64,000 nucleotides of DNA from Dehalococcoidia bacterium (GCA_965262725.1 OZ253555.1:3328001-3392000); one strand, 5' to 3'; counted from the first letter of the stretch, positions 30,165-41,670 are shown. Program-made: numbers and translations. The notes: generated from the sequence alone by a model not told the origin.

Positions 30165-31490
30165 TCAGGTCGGGAGCGGGAGCGCGCGCAGCCGTGCGAG
30201 GGCATCGGTGAAGTGACCGGCCCATGGCCAGCGCGCCGGCAGATGGAGCGTGAACCGACGAGCAGAGCGGGTCAGCCGCCCGACGAGAGCGAAGAGCCGC
30301 CGCCGGAGCGTCCGGGTGGTGACGATGCGCTCGCCGAGCCCGAGCCGCGCCGTCCAGCGAGCGAGATTGTGGGCGATCACCTGGACCGCGAGCCAGGCGC
30401 CGTTGGCGGCGAAGCGGCCGGACGGCAGGTGATTGAGCCCCACGCCGTACTTCAGGTCGCGGATCGCGTTCTCGACCTCGGCGTGGCGGCGATGGTCGGC
30501 CTCCAGTTCGAGCGTCTCTCCGTCGCGGTCGGTGATGAAGGCGTGGTAGCTATACGTCGCGAAGAGAGCGAGCTGCGAACCAGGCGTCGGCCGCACGCGC
30601 CGGACGATGAGCCGCACCGGGACGGCGTCCGGCGCGTGTGCGAACGGCGTGTAGGTCGTCTCTGAGACATCGGCGCCGCCCTCCAGCCAGTACGGGATCG
30701 GCGTCCACTCCTGTTCGGGAATCGCCTCGATGAGCTTCCGCAGCTTCGGATGCTGGCGGATCGTGACCGAGAAGCGGACATCCATCTCGCGGCAGGCAGC
30801 GACCACCGCGCGGGAGTAGAAGCCGCTGTCGGCGCGCACCGTGAGTTGCCCGTTCGCTCCGGCATCGCGGACTCGACCCACCGTCTCCTGTAGGAAGTGG
30901 GCGGCGCCCCGGTCGCTGTACGCACGACCCCCGCGCAGCCGGGCCATTAGCACGTCACCCGTCCCGGCCGCCACCGCGAGCAGCGGGTGATAGCCGCGCG
31001 CACCGGTGTAGCCGGGGCGCTGCGCCCCCTCCTTGGCGAAGCCGTAGGTCTCGCACACCGTCGAATCGAGGTCGATGGTGAATGGCGCCTCGCCGGGTCC
31101 GGCCCCGGCGGCCCAGGCGCGGGCAAGCAGCGCGCGACTGACGCGGTCGAGCTGGCGGACGTGGCCCCAGCGGAAACTGCGTAGGAAGGTGCCGAGCGTG
31201 GATGGCGCCTTGACGGTGCATCCGAGAACGCGCTCTGTGCCGCCGGCGCGCAACGCATCGGCATCGTCGATGCAGTCGCCGCCCGCTAGCACGGAGGCGA
31301 CGAGTGTCGCGACCTTGTCTCCCGCGTTCGCCCTGCCCTGTGCGTCGCCGAGGTCGAGATGACGGTCGACCAGCTCCCGCAGGCCGAGACGTTCGGCGAG
31401 CGTGGCCGGCAGGAGCAGACCCGCGTGGGCCACCAGGCGGTCGTCGTCGAAGGCGATCGAGAGCCGGGCGGGGCTGCTCGGTGATAGCAT
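30165..31490 (-). CDS. IS1380 transposase (DDE_Tnp_1_4)
   Basis: IDLDST, GYHPLL, VRADSGFY, HAEVENAIRDLKYG, PSGRFAAN. Confidence 0.92.
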   Translation of the reverse strand: MLSPSSPARLSIAFDDDRLVAHAGLLLPATLAERLGLRELVDRHLDLGDAQGRANAGDKVATLVASVLAGGDCIDDADALRAGGTERVLGCTVKAPSTLGTFLRSFRWGHVRQLDRVSRALLARAWAAGAGPGEAPFTIDLDSTVCETYGFAKEGAQRPGYTGARGYHPLLAVAAGTGDVLMARLRGGRAYSDRGAAHFLQETVGRVRDAGANGQLTVRADSGFYSRAVVAACREMDVRFSVTIRQHPKLRKLIEAIPEQEWTPIPYWLEGGADVSETTYTPFAHAPDAVPVRLIVRRVRPTPGSQLALFATYSYHAFITDRDGETLELEADHRRHAEVENAIRDLKYGVGLNHLPSGRFAANGAWLAVQVIAHNLARWTARLGLGERIVTTRTLRRRLFALVGRLTRSARRFTLHLPARWPWAGHFTDALARLRALPLPT

Positions 31491-31601
31491 CGAATGGGTG
31501 CTCCCTGTTTCCGGTGGATCGTTCGCTTCACGACCATTCTCCCAGATTCAGAGGAGCACCCAATTCCCTCTCTTCGCGACTGCATCCACGCTCTCCTTCG
31601 G

Positions 31602-33518
31602 TTCGCGGTAGGGATGCCGGTTGCCCGGCACCCCCCGCACAGATCCGGACGTGCCCTCTCGGGCATCCGGCTCCTACCTCAAGTGCGTGACGGCAAATCG
31701 CTCCGCAGGCCACGGGTGAAGGATGGAGATTCGGGGCCAGTGTCCCTGGCACAGGGCAAGGATGCGCTCCCACGTGAAACGGTCGCGCTGCGACCGCCGT
31801 CGGAGAACGCGCAGCCAGAGCCGCTTCACGAAACGGACAAACCGCGTGAGCGCCGGCGAGCTGGTCGGCACCGCGTAGTAGCCAAGCCACCCACGCAGTA
31901 CCCGCCCCAGCCACTGCCCCGTCGTCACGGGGTTGTCGTGCATGCGCCGCCACAACTCGGCCTTGATGACCTTCAGCGTCCGGCGCATCCGCTTCGCAAC
32001 GGGCTTGCGCCCCAGCCCGAATCTCCCGTCGCGTCGGGTCCGGCAGTAGTGCGTCATGCCGAGAAAGTCGAACGTTTCCGGTCGGCCCTCCCCGCGCTTC
32101 CGCCTGTTCGCCAGCGCGAACCTGCCGAACTCAAGTAGACGGGTCTTCTCCGGGTGCAGCTCCAGCCCGTAGGCCGCGAACCGCTCCCGGAGTGCCTCCA
32201 TGAACCGCACCGCATCGCTGCGGTGCTGGAACCCCAGGACGAAGTCATCGGCATACCGCACGATGTACGCCTCGCCCCGGACCTCCCGCGGTCGCCACTC
32301 GCGCGCAAACCAGTCGTCGAGCACGTTGTGCAGGTACACGTTCGCAAGCAGCGGCGATATCGGCGCCCCCTGCGGCATCCCCCGCACGAAATCGACTTCC
32401 GGCTCCGCGTCCATGACGCCGACGCTCAGCCACTTTCGTATCAGGCGCAACACCCGCTGGTCCCCGATGCGCATCTCCAGAAACGACATCAGCCGCCCCC
32501 GGTCGATGCTGCCGAAGAACTCCCGGATGTCCACCTCGACAATCCAGCTGACCTTGCGCCGTTCGACCGCGTAGGCCAGTGCGTCCAGCGCGTCATGCGC
32601 CGAACGCCCCGGCCTGAAGCCATGCGAGAAGCCGTAGTAGCCCGACTCGTAAATCGGGTTCAAAAGATTGTCCACCACCGCCCGCTGAACGATCTTGTCC
32701 TCCAGCGAGACGATACCGAGCGGCCGTATTCCCCCGTCCGGCTTGGGTATCTCTACCCGCCTGACGGGCTTCGCCCGGTACGCTCCACGGTGTACGCGGC
32801 CATGCAGGTCGAGCAATCGCTCGTCCAGCCCGTCCCCGTATTCTCGCCACCTCACCCCGTCCACGCCCGGAGCCGCATCCCGCTTCAACGCGAGATACGC
32901 CTCCCGCAGCGCCTCCGGCGTGATGTGGTGCAAGAGCGCGGTGAGTTTCTCTCCCGGCTTCCGTTCCACGAACTGCCGTATCCTCTCCGCTCCGGGTGAC
33001 ACCGCACCCCGACTCTGCGTCCGGACCGTGCCGGTGCTTTGAGGATTCCTCTCGGTTGGGGCCCTTTGCTCCAGCGACTCCGCCGGGGCTCGCGCCCCCT
33101 TGTTCGCCGCCTTCATCGCTCGTACGGCCCCATCAGACTGCTGCGCATCGTGCATCATCGGCTACGGTTTACGTCCCTTCCCGACGCGGTCCCGGCGTAC
33201 GACTCGTCGGGACAACGCGCAGCTCTCCCAAGTCCCGGCGATAGACGTGTGTGCGTGCATGGGGTCTTCGACACCGTGGGGCCCGACCACGACTCGCCAG
33301 TAGCGCCGTCGCCGGTATTGCCTTCGACCAATCCAAGAGCCTCGGCACCCCAAATGGCCCTTTCGATGCTCATTAGCCCCGCCCGCACACCCCGCTGCCG
33401 ACGCTTCACAAGCCGCCTCGCGACGACCCGCGCACGGCTCGCGGAATGACATGAGTGGCTAGCTCTTTGCCATAGAGGACTTCCACCTCCTGCCTACTCG
33501 CCAGTTAGCCTGGCGCTC
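31602..33518 (-). mobile_element. group II intron (complete)
   Basis: 5' GAGCGCCAGG; domains V/VI GAGCCGGATGC...GTCCGGATCTGTGCGGGGG...CCCTACCGCGAA; EBS1-like UGGAUU; RT ORF; 3' boundary +/-1 nt. Confidence 0.9.
31674..33158 (-). CDS. ltrA: group II intron reverse transcriptase/maturase without endonuclease domain
   Basis: IPKPDGGIRPLGI, GFRPGRS, PQGAPISPLLAN, YADD, FDFLG, domain X. Confidence 0.95.
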   Translation of the reverse strand: MMHDAQQSDGAVRAMKAANKGARAPAESLEQRAPTERNPQSTGTVRTQSRGAVSPGAERIRQFVERKPGEKLTALLHHITPEALREAYLALKRDAAPGVDGVRWREYGDGLDERLLDLHGRVHRGAYRAKPVRRVEIPKPDGGIRPLGIVSLEDKIVQRAVVDNLLNPIYESGYYGFSHGFRPGRSAHDALDALAYAVERRKVSWIVEVDIREFFGSIDRGRLMSFLEMRIGDQRVLRLIRKWLSVGVMDAEPEVDFVRGMPQGAPISPLLANVYLHNVLDDWFAREWRPREVRGEAYIVRYADDFVLGFQHRSDAVRFMEALRERFAAYGLELHPEKTRLLEFGRFALANRRKRGEGRPETFDFLGMTHYCRTRRDGRFGLGRKPVAKRMRRTLKVIKAELWRRMHDNPVTTGQWLGRVLRGWLGYYAVPTSSPALTRFVRFVKRLWLRVLRRRSQRDRFTWERILALCQGHWPRISILHPWPAERFAVTHLR

Positions 33519-33667
33519 TGGATCAGGGCTAAAGTGTAACCTTCGGTATAATCCGCCTGGAGCAGCGCCACCTGCCTCTTGACCCGCCACCAATTCCGTG
33601 CCGGTCTGAGCCGCAGAGAGCCCCTGGTCCGGCCTGGGGCCCCGCAGCACTACCGCGGCGACCGGCC

Positions 33668-35165
33668 TCAGCGCCCGCCGGGCTGTCCCTCGCTCCTGGC
33701 GACGAGGGGCGTCATGAGTGGCAAGCCGTCAGCGAACAGGTCGCGGAAGGGCTGGGTCACGAAGTCCGGCGCACCGAGGATGTAGGACACGAACTCACCC
33801 CCGCTCAGGGCGTAGAGGGCGGTGATGTCCGCGCTTCGCGCGCAGCCCTCCAGCTCATCGACGCTGCCGCCCTCGTAGACGACGAGGCTGAAGCCCGCGA
33901 CGACAGTGCCGCGTAGGCACTCCGGCCACGGCGGCTGCCCACCGTCGTCAAGGTCATCCCCGAACGGGTCCGCCGAGGGCGGTCCGTTGCTCGCGGCCAC
34001 CAACGGCGTGATGGGCGGGACACCATCGGCAAACAGCTCCCCGAACTCACGGTTCACGAAGTTCGGCGCCCCGAGGATGTAGGAGACGTAGACGCCCTCA
34101 TGCAGCGCGTAGAAGGCCGCGACATCACGGCTCTCCGCGCAGGTGACCAACTCCGCGACGCTGCCCCCCTCGTGGACGACGAGGCTCAACCCCTCGGAGA
34201 CCGCGCCGCGCAGGCAGTGTGGCCAGGGATCGCGGGCCGGATCCCACGCTGTCTCGGGGAACTGCACGCGGTAAATCTTCTTCCGGCTGCCGTCCTGCGA
34301 GGTGACGGTGACCGTGATCTCGCCGAGGTCCTGGAGCGCTACCTGATGGCCGTTCGCGCCGTCGCCGTCGGCATCGGGCGGGTCGGTGACGACAACCGCG
34401 CGGCGCTGCATCGCCTCGGCCTCGACCGTGGTCTCCGTGACGCCGTCCGCGACGACTGCCTCGTAGTCCGGCCGGCCGGGATCGAACTCGCCGATGTCGA
34501 CGCCGCTCAGCGTGAGTGAAGCGAGCCGCGCGTCGATAGCGTCGGGCATGTTGTAGGTGTAGACGCGGTCGTCGCTTTCGTCCGCCACGTACATCACGTC
34601 CCCGTCGGACCAGATCCCGCGTGGGCTGTTGTTGCTGGCCCCGCTCAGCTTCCTGAACTCCTCGTCGCGGACACGCTCGAGTTCCCTGTCGTCGTCGTCC
34701 GCGTCCTCCTCGCCGGAGCCCGCCTCTGCATCTGGCAGCACGGGCACGCGGTAGGCGAAGAGGCGCTTCGGGTCGTGGTTGGAGACCCAGAAGGTGACGC
34801 CGTCGGACCAGATGCCGCGGGGGTCGTCGTTGGCCGCGTCGAGCTCGTACTCGGCGAGCAGGTCGCCGCTGGCGATGTCGTAGGCGAAGAGGGCGTCGTT
34901 GCGGTCGTCGAGCACCCACATCGTCTCGCCGTCGGACCAGATGCCGCGCGCATCGCGGTTGCGTTCGGCGAGCGCGAACTCGCGCTCCTCGACACCGCTG
35001 CCGGTGTCATCCGGCGCCGCCCAACCGATCGTCAGCGTCCTCATGCCCGCGACGGCGGACGTCACGGTCGGGCGATCCGGCAAATCGTCGTGACCGTAGG
35101 TTTTGAGCCGCCAGGAGACCAGGTCACCCGAACGCTCGTGGTAGCGGTCAGTCAGGCGCAGCGTT
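33668..35165 (-). pseudogene. internally deleted, 5'-truncated paralog of protein A with intact C-terminal module
   Basis: P-domain/FN3 piece (LTDRYHERSGDL...GWAAP) fused in frame to WSDG repeats; no signal peptide. Confidence 0.8.
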
Positions 35166-35279
35166 CGCCCTCTCGTCCGTCCAACATCGGGTGGTGCCGT
35201 CGGGTTGCTGCTCGCAGGTCTGGACTTCGCCCCCCACGATGCTCCCCCAGCACCTGATTTCCCCATCGGGCCTGAACCC

Positions 35280-35650
35280 ACACGCATCTTATTGTGCGTG
35301 TACTGGTAATTTGCTTTCTCTCCCGGTCTTGACCAGCACTATATATCCACAGTTTCATACGAATGAAATAGCAGAATTGCTATGGGTGTCAATGCTGAGA
35401 CACCCTGTTCGCCACTCCCAAATATGTGTTGGCATGTCGGCTTCCGCGGGGATGAGCGGGCGCCCCATGCGCAATAACCAACACAACCCGGGAATACCAA
35501 AAGCGGTGTTCCTAACGTGTGTTGGGTATGGCGCACGACACCGCCCATCCTGAGCCTGTCTGTTTCAAAGCAGCAGAGGGTCGGGAAGCCGGTCTGGTGA
35601 AGGCCGGTCTGAACCAACCTGGGATAGAGGTTGGCGGCCGGAGCGGTAGC
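35280..35650 (-). ncRNA. candidate structured noncoding element
   Basis: at least six hairpins including a 101-nt rod at 35450-35550; no family recognised; strand tentative. Confidence 0.4.
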
Positions 35651-35677
35651 CGGGGCCGTTGGAAGCGTGGTGGCAGG

Positions 35678-35977
35678 CTAGGAAGGCACGTTACTGCAGA
35701 CTTCGTCGCGGCTCGCCTTCAGGTCTTCGATCGGAGCGACGGAACTCACATAGATGAACTGCGCCTTGGCCTCGTCCATATCGTTGGCGGTGGGGAATGT
35801 CATGAGCATGCTTGCCTCGAAGACTTCAGTGTTCCCCTGGGCCCAGCAGTCCCAAGTCTGATTGAGGATGTCCTCCTTGCTCTCGCCGCCTCCGCAGGCG
35901 GCCAAGAGTAGGATGGACGCCAAGATACACATAAGCGGAATGGCGATAAACAGAAAGGGTTGGGAGTGGATTCTCAA
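35678..35977 (-). CDS. small lipoprotein of unknown function
   Basis: hydrophobic stretch plus lipobox LAAC; start uncertain. Confidence 0.6.
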   Translation of the reverse strand: MRIHSQPFLFIAIPLMCILASILLLAACGGGESKEDILNQTWDCWAQGNTEVFEASMLMTFPTANDMDEAKAQFIYVSSVAPIEDLKASRDEVCSNVPS

Positions 35978-38900
35978 TGTTCGTTCCTAATAGTAGTTTG
36001 CCTGCCGCCGGAAGGTCCTGCCACAGGCTCCGGCCTGCGCCCATCTATGTCACGGAAGGATGTGGAGGAAGCCGGAAGCGGCTGTGGGGCCAGGCCAGAA
36101 GGACAATCTGGGGGCGACGTTTGCCCTGGTCCGCCGTGGACGGCGGCCCCAAGCGCGGTCAGCGCAGCGGCGGCAGGGGGCGCCGGGACGCCCATCACTG
36201 TTTGCCTCCAACTCGGAACCAAATAGAATACACTTCTTACCGCTCAGGGAGCGAAATCAGCCCAGATCATCGCCTTTGACGTTACCCGACAGCCCAGCCT
36301 TTAGTCAATATGATTGAGTGATTGCAGGCGTGTCCTTCTGTCTTCGACCACCATCTTCCTGAGGAAAACAGAGCAGTGCCGGGCGAGCGCTGCTATTGGC
36401 GAACCCGGCAGACCGGACTGACCGGACTGCTGAGCGATGTACCCGTCGATGGCCAGTTGGAGGGCGGTCAGGGCCTCGCGGACTCTCTCTTGCTTGTCTC
36501 TCGACCCCACGATCACCCGACTGCCTTCTCCTGGCACAAGACGCGGCTGCGGCTGTGAACCTGCAAGGTCGGCCAAGGTTCCCTCCTCGTCGAGGTTCTT
36601 GAAGCGTCAGTCGCGGTGCGCCTCCGGCGCGAACTCACCCCTCCCAGGCATCATGACGGTCCAGCGGCGATGGCGGTGCGTTGTTGCCATCGACCAGCAG
36701 CGCAGGGGCCGGGATTCCGAAGTCTGGCGTCAGCGTAGCTCCTGCCCCTGTTTGAGCTTTGCGCAACTCGGGCGACCCTTGGCGGGAAAGCCAAGGCTGA
36801 GCCTGCACCTCGGTAGCGCCACCCGCACCAGGCGTCATTGCAGTGCGGGTGGCCCGTCGCTCTTTGCGACGAGTGACGTCACGGGCGGCAGACCGTCGGT
36901 AAACAGCTCGAAGAACGGGCGGTTCACGAATTCCGGGGCTCCGAGGATGAAGGGCACCCAGTCGCCTTCGTGCAGGGCGTAGAGGGCCGCGATGCCGAGG
37001 CTTCGAGCGCACTCCTCGAGTGACTCAGTGCTGCCGCCCCCGTAGACGGCGAAGCTGAAGCCGGTCGTGATCTCCCCGTCCAGGCAGTTCGACCCCCGCA
37101 GGATCACGCGCTCTTCCTCTGCGACATCACCGGCGAAGGGATCCGGGCTTGCCGGCCCGTTGCTCCCGGCGATCAGCGGCGTCACGGGCGGGACGCCATC
37201 CGCGTACAAGTCGTGGAAGGAACGATTCACGAAGTCGGGCGCGCCGACGATGTAGGGGACGTAGGCGTCGTGATCCAGCGCGTAGAGGGCGAAGACGTGC
37301 CTGCTCACGGCGCAGACGACGAGGTCCTCGAGACTGCCCCCTTCGTAGAGGAGAAGGCTGAAGCCCTCGAACACGTCACCGCGGAAGCAGTCGGCCGTGG
37401 GGTCGCTCGGCGCTTGGTGATCTACAGCGGCGAACCGCACCCGGTAGACGCGCTCGCGGCTGCCGTCCGCCGAGGTCACGGTGACGGTGATCTCCGTGCT
37501 CGCCTCCAACTCCACCTGGTGACCGTTCTCCGGGTCGCCGTCGGCATCCGACGGACTGATCACGACCGTCGCCCGGCGCTGCGTTGCCTCGGCCTCGACC
37601 ATCGTCTCGGTCACGCCCTCCGCGACAACGCCGTCGTACTCGGTCCGTTCCGATGAGAACTCGCCGATGTCCACGCCGCCGAGCGTGAGCGAGGCGAGGC
37701 GGGCGTCGATCGTGTTGGGCATGTTGTAGGTGTAGACCTTGCCGTCGCTCGCATCGACGACGTACATCACGTCGCCATCGGACCAGAGGCCGCGCGGGCT
37801 GTTGTTGCTGGCGCGGCTGAGCACCGTGTTGGGGAACTCCTCGCCGGGGATGCGTTCGAGCGGCGTCGGCTCGGCGTCCTCCGCCGCGGACGCAGCGGGC
37901 CGCGCCGGAAGGCCGTAGGCATGGAGCCGCTTGGTGATGTGGTCCGACACCCAGAGCGTGGTTTCGTCGGACCAGACGCCGTGGGGGTCGTCGTTCTGCT
38001 CGGCGAGCTCGTACTCGGCGAGCAACGCGCCGCTCTCGAGGTCGTAGGCGAAGAGGCTGTTCTTCCCGCCGTCGAGCACCCATATCGTCTCGCCGTCGGA
38101 CCAGATGCCGCGCGCATCGCGGTTGCGGTCGGCGAGTGCGATGTCGCGCGCCTCCTGGCGCTCGCCGCTCTCAAGGTCGTGGGCGAAGAGGCGATTCTGG
38201 CCGCTGTCGGAGACCCAGATGACCGTGCCGTCGGACCAGACGCCGCGCGGCGCGCGGTTGGTCTCGGCGAGCGGGAACTCGCGATCCTCGACGCGTTCGC
38301 CGGTCTCCCGGTCATAGGCGTAGATCGCGTCGTCGGCGCCGGAGCCATTCTCCAGGATCCAGAGCGTCATGGCGTCGGACCAGAGGCCGGAGGGGGTGTC
38401 GTGGCCGGGGTCGAGCTCCTCGATGTCGTGCGTGACGGTCCACTCGAAGTCCTGCTCGCTGGGGGTGGGGCCGGACGGGCCGCCGCCTCCTCCTCCACCG
38501 CCACCGGTGATGATCGGGGGTGGCGGTGGCTTGTTGCCGAGCACCGTGATGTCGGTGGTGGCAGTGCCTCTGAGTGCGCCGGCCCCGTCGTCGGTAACGG
38601 TGAGGGTGAGCGTGATGCTCTGGGCGGTGTCGATCTTTGGTGGTGCCGTCCACGTTGTCTCCGGTGCCGAGGCGTCGTCGAATGTCCCCCCGCCGTTGCT
38701 GTTCCATGCGTAGGTCAGGCGGTCACCTTCGGGGTCTGTCGCCGTTCCAGACACCTCCAGCTCACCATCACCCTCCACCGTGGCGGTCGCCGGGGACACC
38801 GTCACTCGAGGGGCCTGGTTCGCCCGCAACGTCACGCTCGCCGTCGCGGATGCTGCGGCGTTCGCTGGGTCCGTCACCGTAAGCGTGAGGACGACTGACT

Positions 38901-40249
38901 CGTTGGCGTTGGTGGCCCTCGGCGCGGTCCAGGTCGTGTCGAGAGCCGACGCATCGTCGAAGCTACCGCCTCCGTTGCTGCTCCACCTGTAGGTGACCGT
39001 GCCGTCGTCGCGGTCCGTGGCGGTGCCGTCGAGCCTGACCGTGCCACCCCCGTTCACGGTGGTTGGCGAGGCGGTCACCGACGCCGTGGGCTCTTCGTTC
39101 GCCCGCACCGTCACGTCGACGTTTGCCGTCCCCGTGCGTGCGCCGGCGCCGTCGTCGGTTACCGTCAGGGTGAGGACGATGTTCTGGAGGGCGTCGGTCT
39201 TCGGGGGCGCGGTCCAGGTCGTGTCGAGAGCCGAAGCGTCGGCGAACGTCCCCCCACCGTTGCTGCGCCAGGCGTAGGTCAGGCCGTCGCGCTCCGGGTC
39301 GGTCGCCGTGCCGTCGAGTGTGACCGTGCCGCCGCCCGCCACCGTCATCGGCCTCCCGCTCGCCGAAGCGATGGGCGCCTGGTTCGCGCGCACGGTGACG
39401 CGGACCGTCGCCGTCGAGGAGGCGTTGGCGCTGTCGGTGACCGTGAGGGTCAGCGTGACATCCCGGTCGCTCGTGCCCGCCCCTGGTGCGGTCCACGTCG
39501 TGTCGAGGGCCGAGGCGTCGGCGAACGTGCCCCCGCCATTGCTCGTCCACTCATACGACAGCGGGTCGTTCTGGGGGTCCCTGGCCGTGCCGTCCAGCCG
39601 TACCGCCCCGCCCCCGTTGACCCTGCTCACCGAGGTGGTGGCCGAGACGGTCGGCGCGGTGTTGTCGCGCTCCGGCACGGTGACGTCGACGATCGCCGTC
39701 GCGGAGGCGCCTCCGGCGTCGGTGACGGTGAGGGTGAGGGTGAGGGTGATGCTCTGTGCGTTCGTCGTGGCCACGGGAGCAGTCCAGGTCGTGTCGAGGG
39801 CCGCGGCATTCGCGAAGGCGCCACCGCCCGAACTGGTCCAGGCGTAGGTCATTCGCCCTCGTTCGGGATCGGTCGCCGTCCCGTCCAGCGTCAGCCTGCT
39901 GCCACCGCCAACGGTGGCGCTCTCCGGGGCCACCGATACCTCCGGCGGCTGATTGGCCCGTACCGTGATCTGGGCGGTCGCCGTGTCGCGGGCCCCGGTG
40001 CCGTCGGTCGCCGTGAGCGTGAGCGTGATGCTCTGCGCGGTACTCGTCGCCGCCGGCGCGGTCCAGGTCGTGTCGAGGGCCGACGCCTTGGCGAATGTCC
40101 CGCCGCCCGAGCTCGTCCAGGTGTAAGTGAGCGCGCTGTCGTCCGCGTCGGAAGCCGAGCCATCCAGCGCGACGCTGCCACCCCCGTTGGTGGTAGCGCT
40201 GGTGGGTGCCACGGAGGCGTCCGGCGCCTGGTTGGCGCGCACCGTGACG

Positions 40250-41670
40250 GAGATATCGTCAAGAGTTGTGGATCGCTGGCCAGGGCAAGTCAGGCGGCGT
40301 ACCTCCCGTGGCGTGCGTCGTCGCTCGCATCCGGGCTGACGGCTCGTTCCTGTAGGACGCCATCGACGAAGACGCCGCCCGCCCGGACGACGGCGACGAG
40401 TTGCGGGGCGTTCACCCGCCGCCAGCGCTGCTGCGCCGCGTCGAGCAGTTTGTAGGCCATCGCCAGTCCCGCCGACCGCGACCCGGCGCCCTTCGTGACG
40501 CGCTGGCGCAGCCGCACCGTCGCGAAGGTGGACTCGATCGGGTTCGTGGTGCGCAGGTGCACGTGGTGCTCGGACGGGAAGTCGTGGAACGCGAGCAGCC
40601 GTTCGAGGTCGTCGGCGACCTTCGCTGTCGCCTTCGGCCACTGCGCGAACTGCCCGGCGAAGGCGCGCGCCGCATCCAGCGCCCCGGCGCGCGTCGCGGC
40701 TCCGGAGACGGCGTGGAGCGCCCGCGTCGCTTCCCCCTGGACGCGCTCGGGCAGCGACGCCAGGACGTTCGCGGTCTTGTGCACCCAGCAGCGCTGCTCG
40801 CGGGTCCGGGGGAAGACCTCCCGCAGCGCCGCCCAGAACCCGAGCGCCCCGTCGCCGACGGCCAGCTCGGGGTCGCGCATGCCCCGCTCGCGCAGGTCCC
40901 GCAGCAGGTCGAGCCAGGACTGGGTGTCCTCACGGTAGCCGTCCTGCACGGCCACCAGCTCCTTGCGGCCGTCCGGGCGCACCCCGACCAGCACCAGGCA
41001 GCAGAGCCGGTCCTCCTCGAGACGCACGGTGAAGTGGACGCCGTCCGCCCAGAGGTAGACGTAGTCGACCTCGGCCAGGCTGCGTCGCTGCCAGCGCTCG
41101 TGCTCGGCCTGCCACGCCTCCGTGAGCCGCCCCACGGTCGAGGCGGAGAGCCCCGCCCCCGAGCCGAAGAACGCCGACAGGGCGGGCAGGAAGTCGCCCG
41201 TCGAGAGCCCGCGCAGGTAGAGCAGCGGCAACACCTCGGTCACCTTGGGCGAGCGCCGCATGTAGGGCGGCAGAAGCGCCGAGATGTAGCGCTCGCCGGG
41301 ACGGCGGTCGTCGACGCGCGGCGCCTGTACGGCGACCCGTCCCGCGGCGGTCGTGATCTCTCTCGCGCGGGCGTAGCCGTTGCCGACGACCACGCGGCGG
41401 CCCTCTCCATCGACCGCGCCCGCGTGGCGCTCGAGGTAGGCCTGCCGTTCCGCCTCCAGCGCCACCCCGAGCATCTCCTGGGCGGCCATACGGCAGAGCT
41501 CGTCCAGTCCGACCTGCGTCCCCGGCCCCGCTTCCCGCTCGCCTCCCTCATGGACTATCCTCAACATCCGGCGTACTCCTCCCCGGCCGGCTTCCCGGCC
41601 ACTCCTGTTGACTCAGGGAGGGTACGCCGCCTCTCTCTCCTGGCTCATCCACAACTTCTGGCTATACCTC
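40250..41670 (-). mobile_element. IS256 family element (second type)
   Basis: 24-bp imperfect IR GAG...AGTTGTGGAT, 8-bp TSD CCGTGACG at 40242-40249 and 41671-41678. Confidence 0.92.
40290..41567 (-). CDS. IS256 transposase
   Basis: GLSTGDF, WADG, GDGALGFW, QRCWVHK, TTNPIESTF. Confidence 0.93.
   Translation of the reverse strand: MLRIVHEGGEREAGPGTQVGLDELCRMAAQEMLGVALEAERQAYLERHAGAVDGEGRRVVVGNGYARAREITTAAGRVAVQAPRVDDRRPGERYISALLPPYMRRSPKVTEVLPLLYLRGLSTGDFLPALSAFFGSGAGLSASTVGRLTEAWQAEHERWQRRSLAEVDYVYLWADGVHFTVRLEEDRLCCLVLVGVRPDGRKELVAVQDGYREDTQSWLDLLRDLRERGMRDPELAVGDGALGFWAALREVFPRTREQRCWVHKTANVLASLPERVQGEATRALHAVSGAATRAGALDAARAFAGQFAQWPKATAKVADDLERLLAFHDFPSEHHVHLRTTNPIESTFATVRLRQRVTKGAGSRSAGLAMAYKLLDAAQQRWRRVNAPQLVAVVRAGGVFVDGVLQERAVSPDASDDARHGRYAA

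Larger units (their letters stand above)
29964..33528 (-). mobile_element. IS1380 family element containing a group II intron
   Basis: IRs CCCGGATCCACCGG / CCCTGATCCA|CCGA, 5-bp TSD CTAAA at 29959-29963 and 33529-33533; empty site visible at 50649-50653. Confidence 0.88.

Noticed and set aside
31674-33158. RT next to repeated C-termini as a diversity-generating retroelement or retron
   Set aside because: RT is embedded in a full group II intron with domains V/VI; differences among the C-terminal copies are not adenine-specific; no TR/VR pair or avd seen
36000-36830. genes in the short ORFs between the lipoprotein and protein B
   Set aside because: 36301-36576 may be a gene fragment but has no recognisable motif
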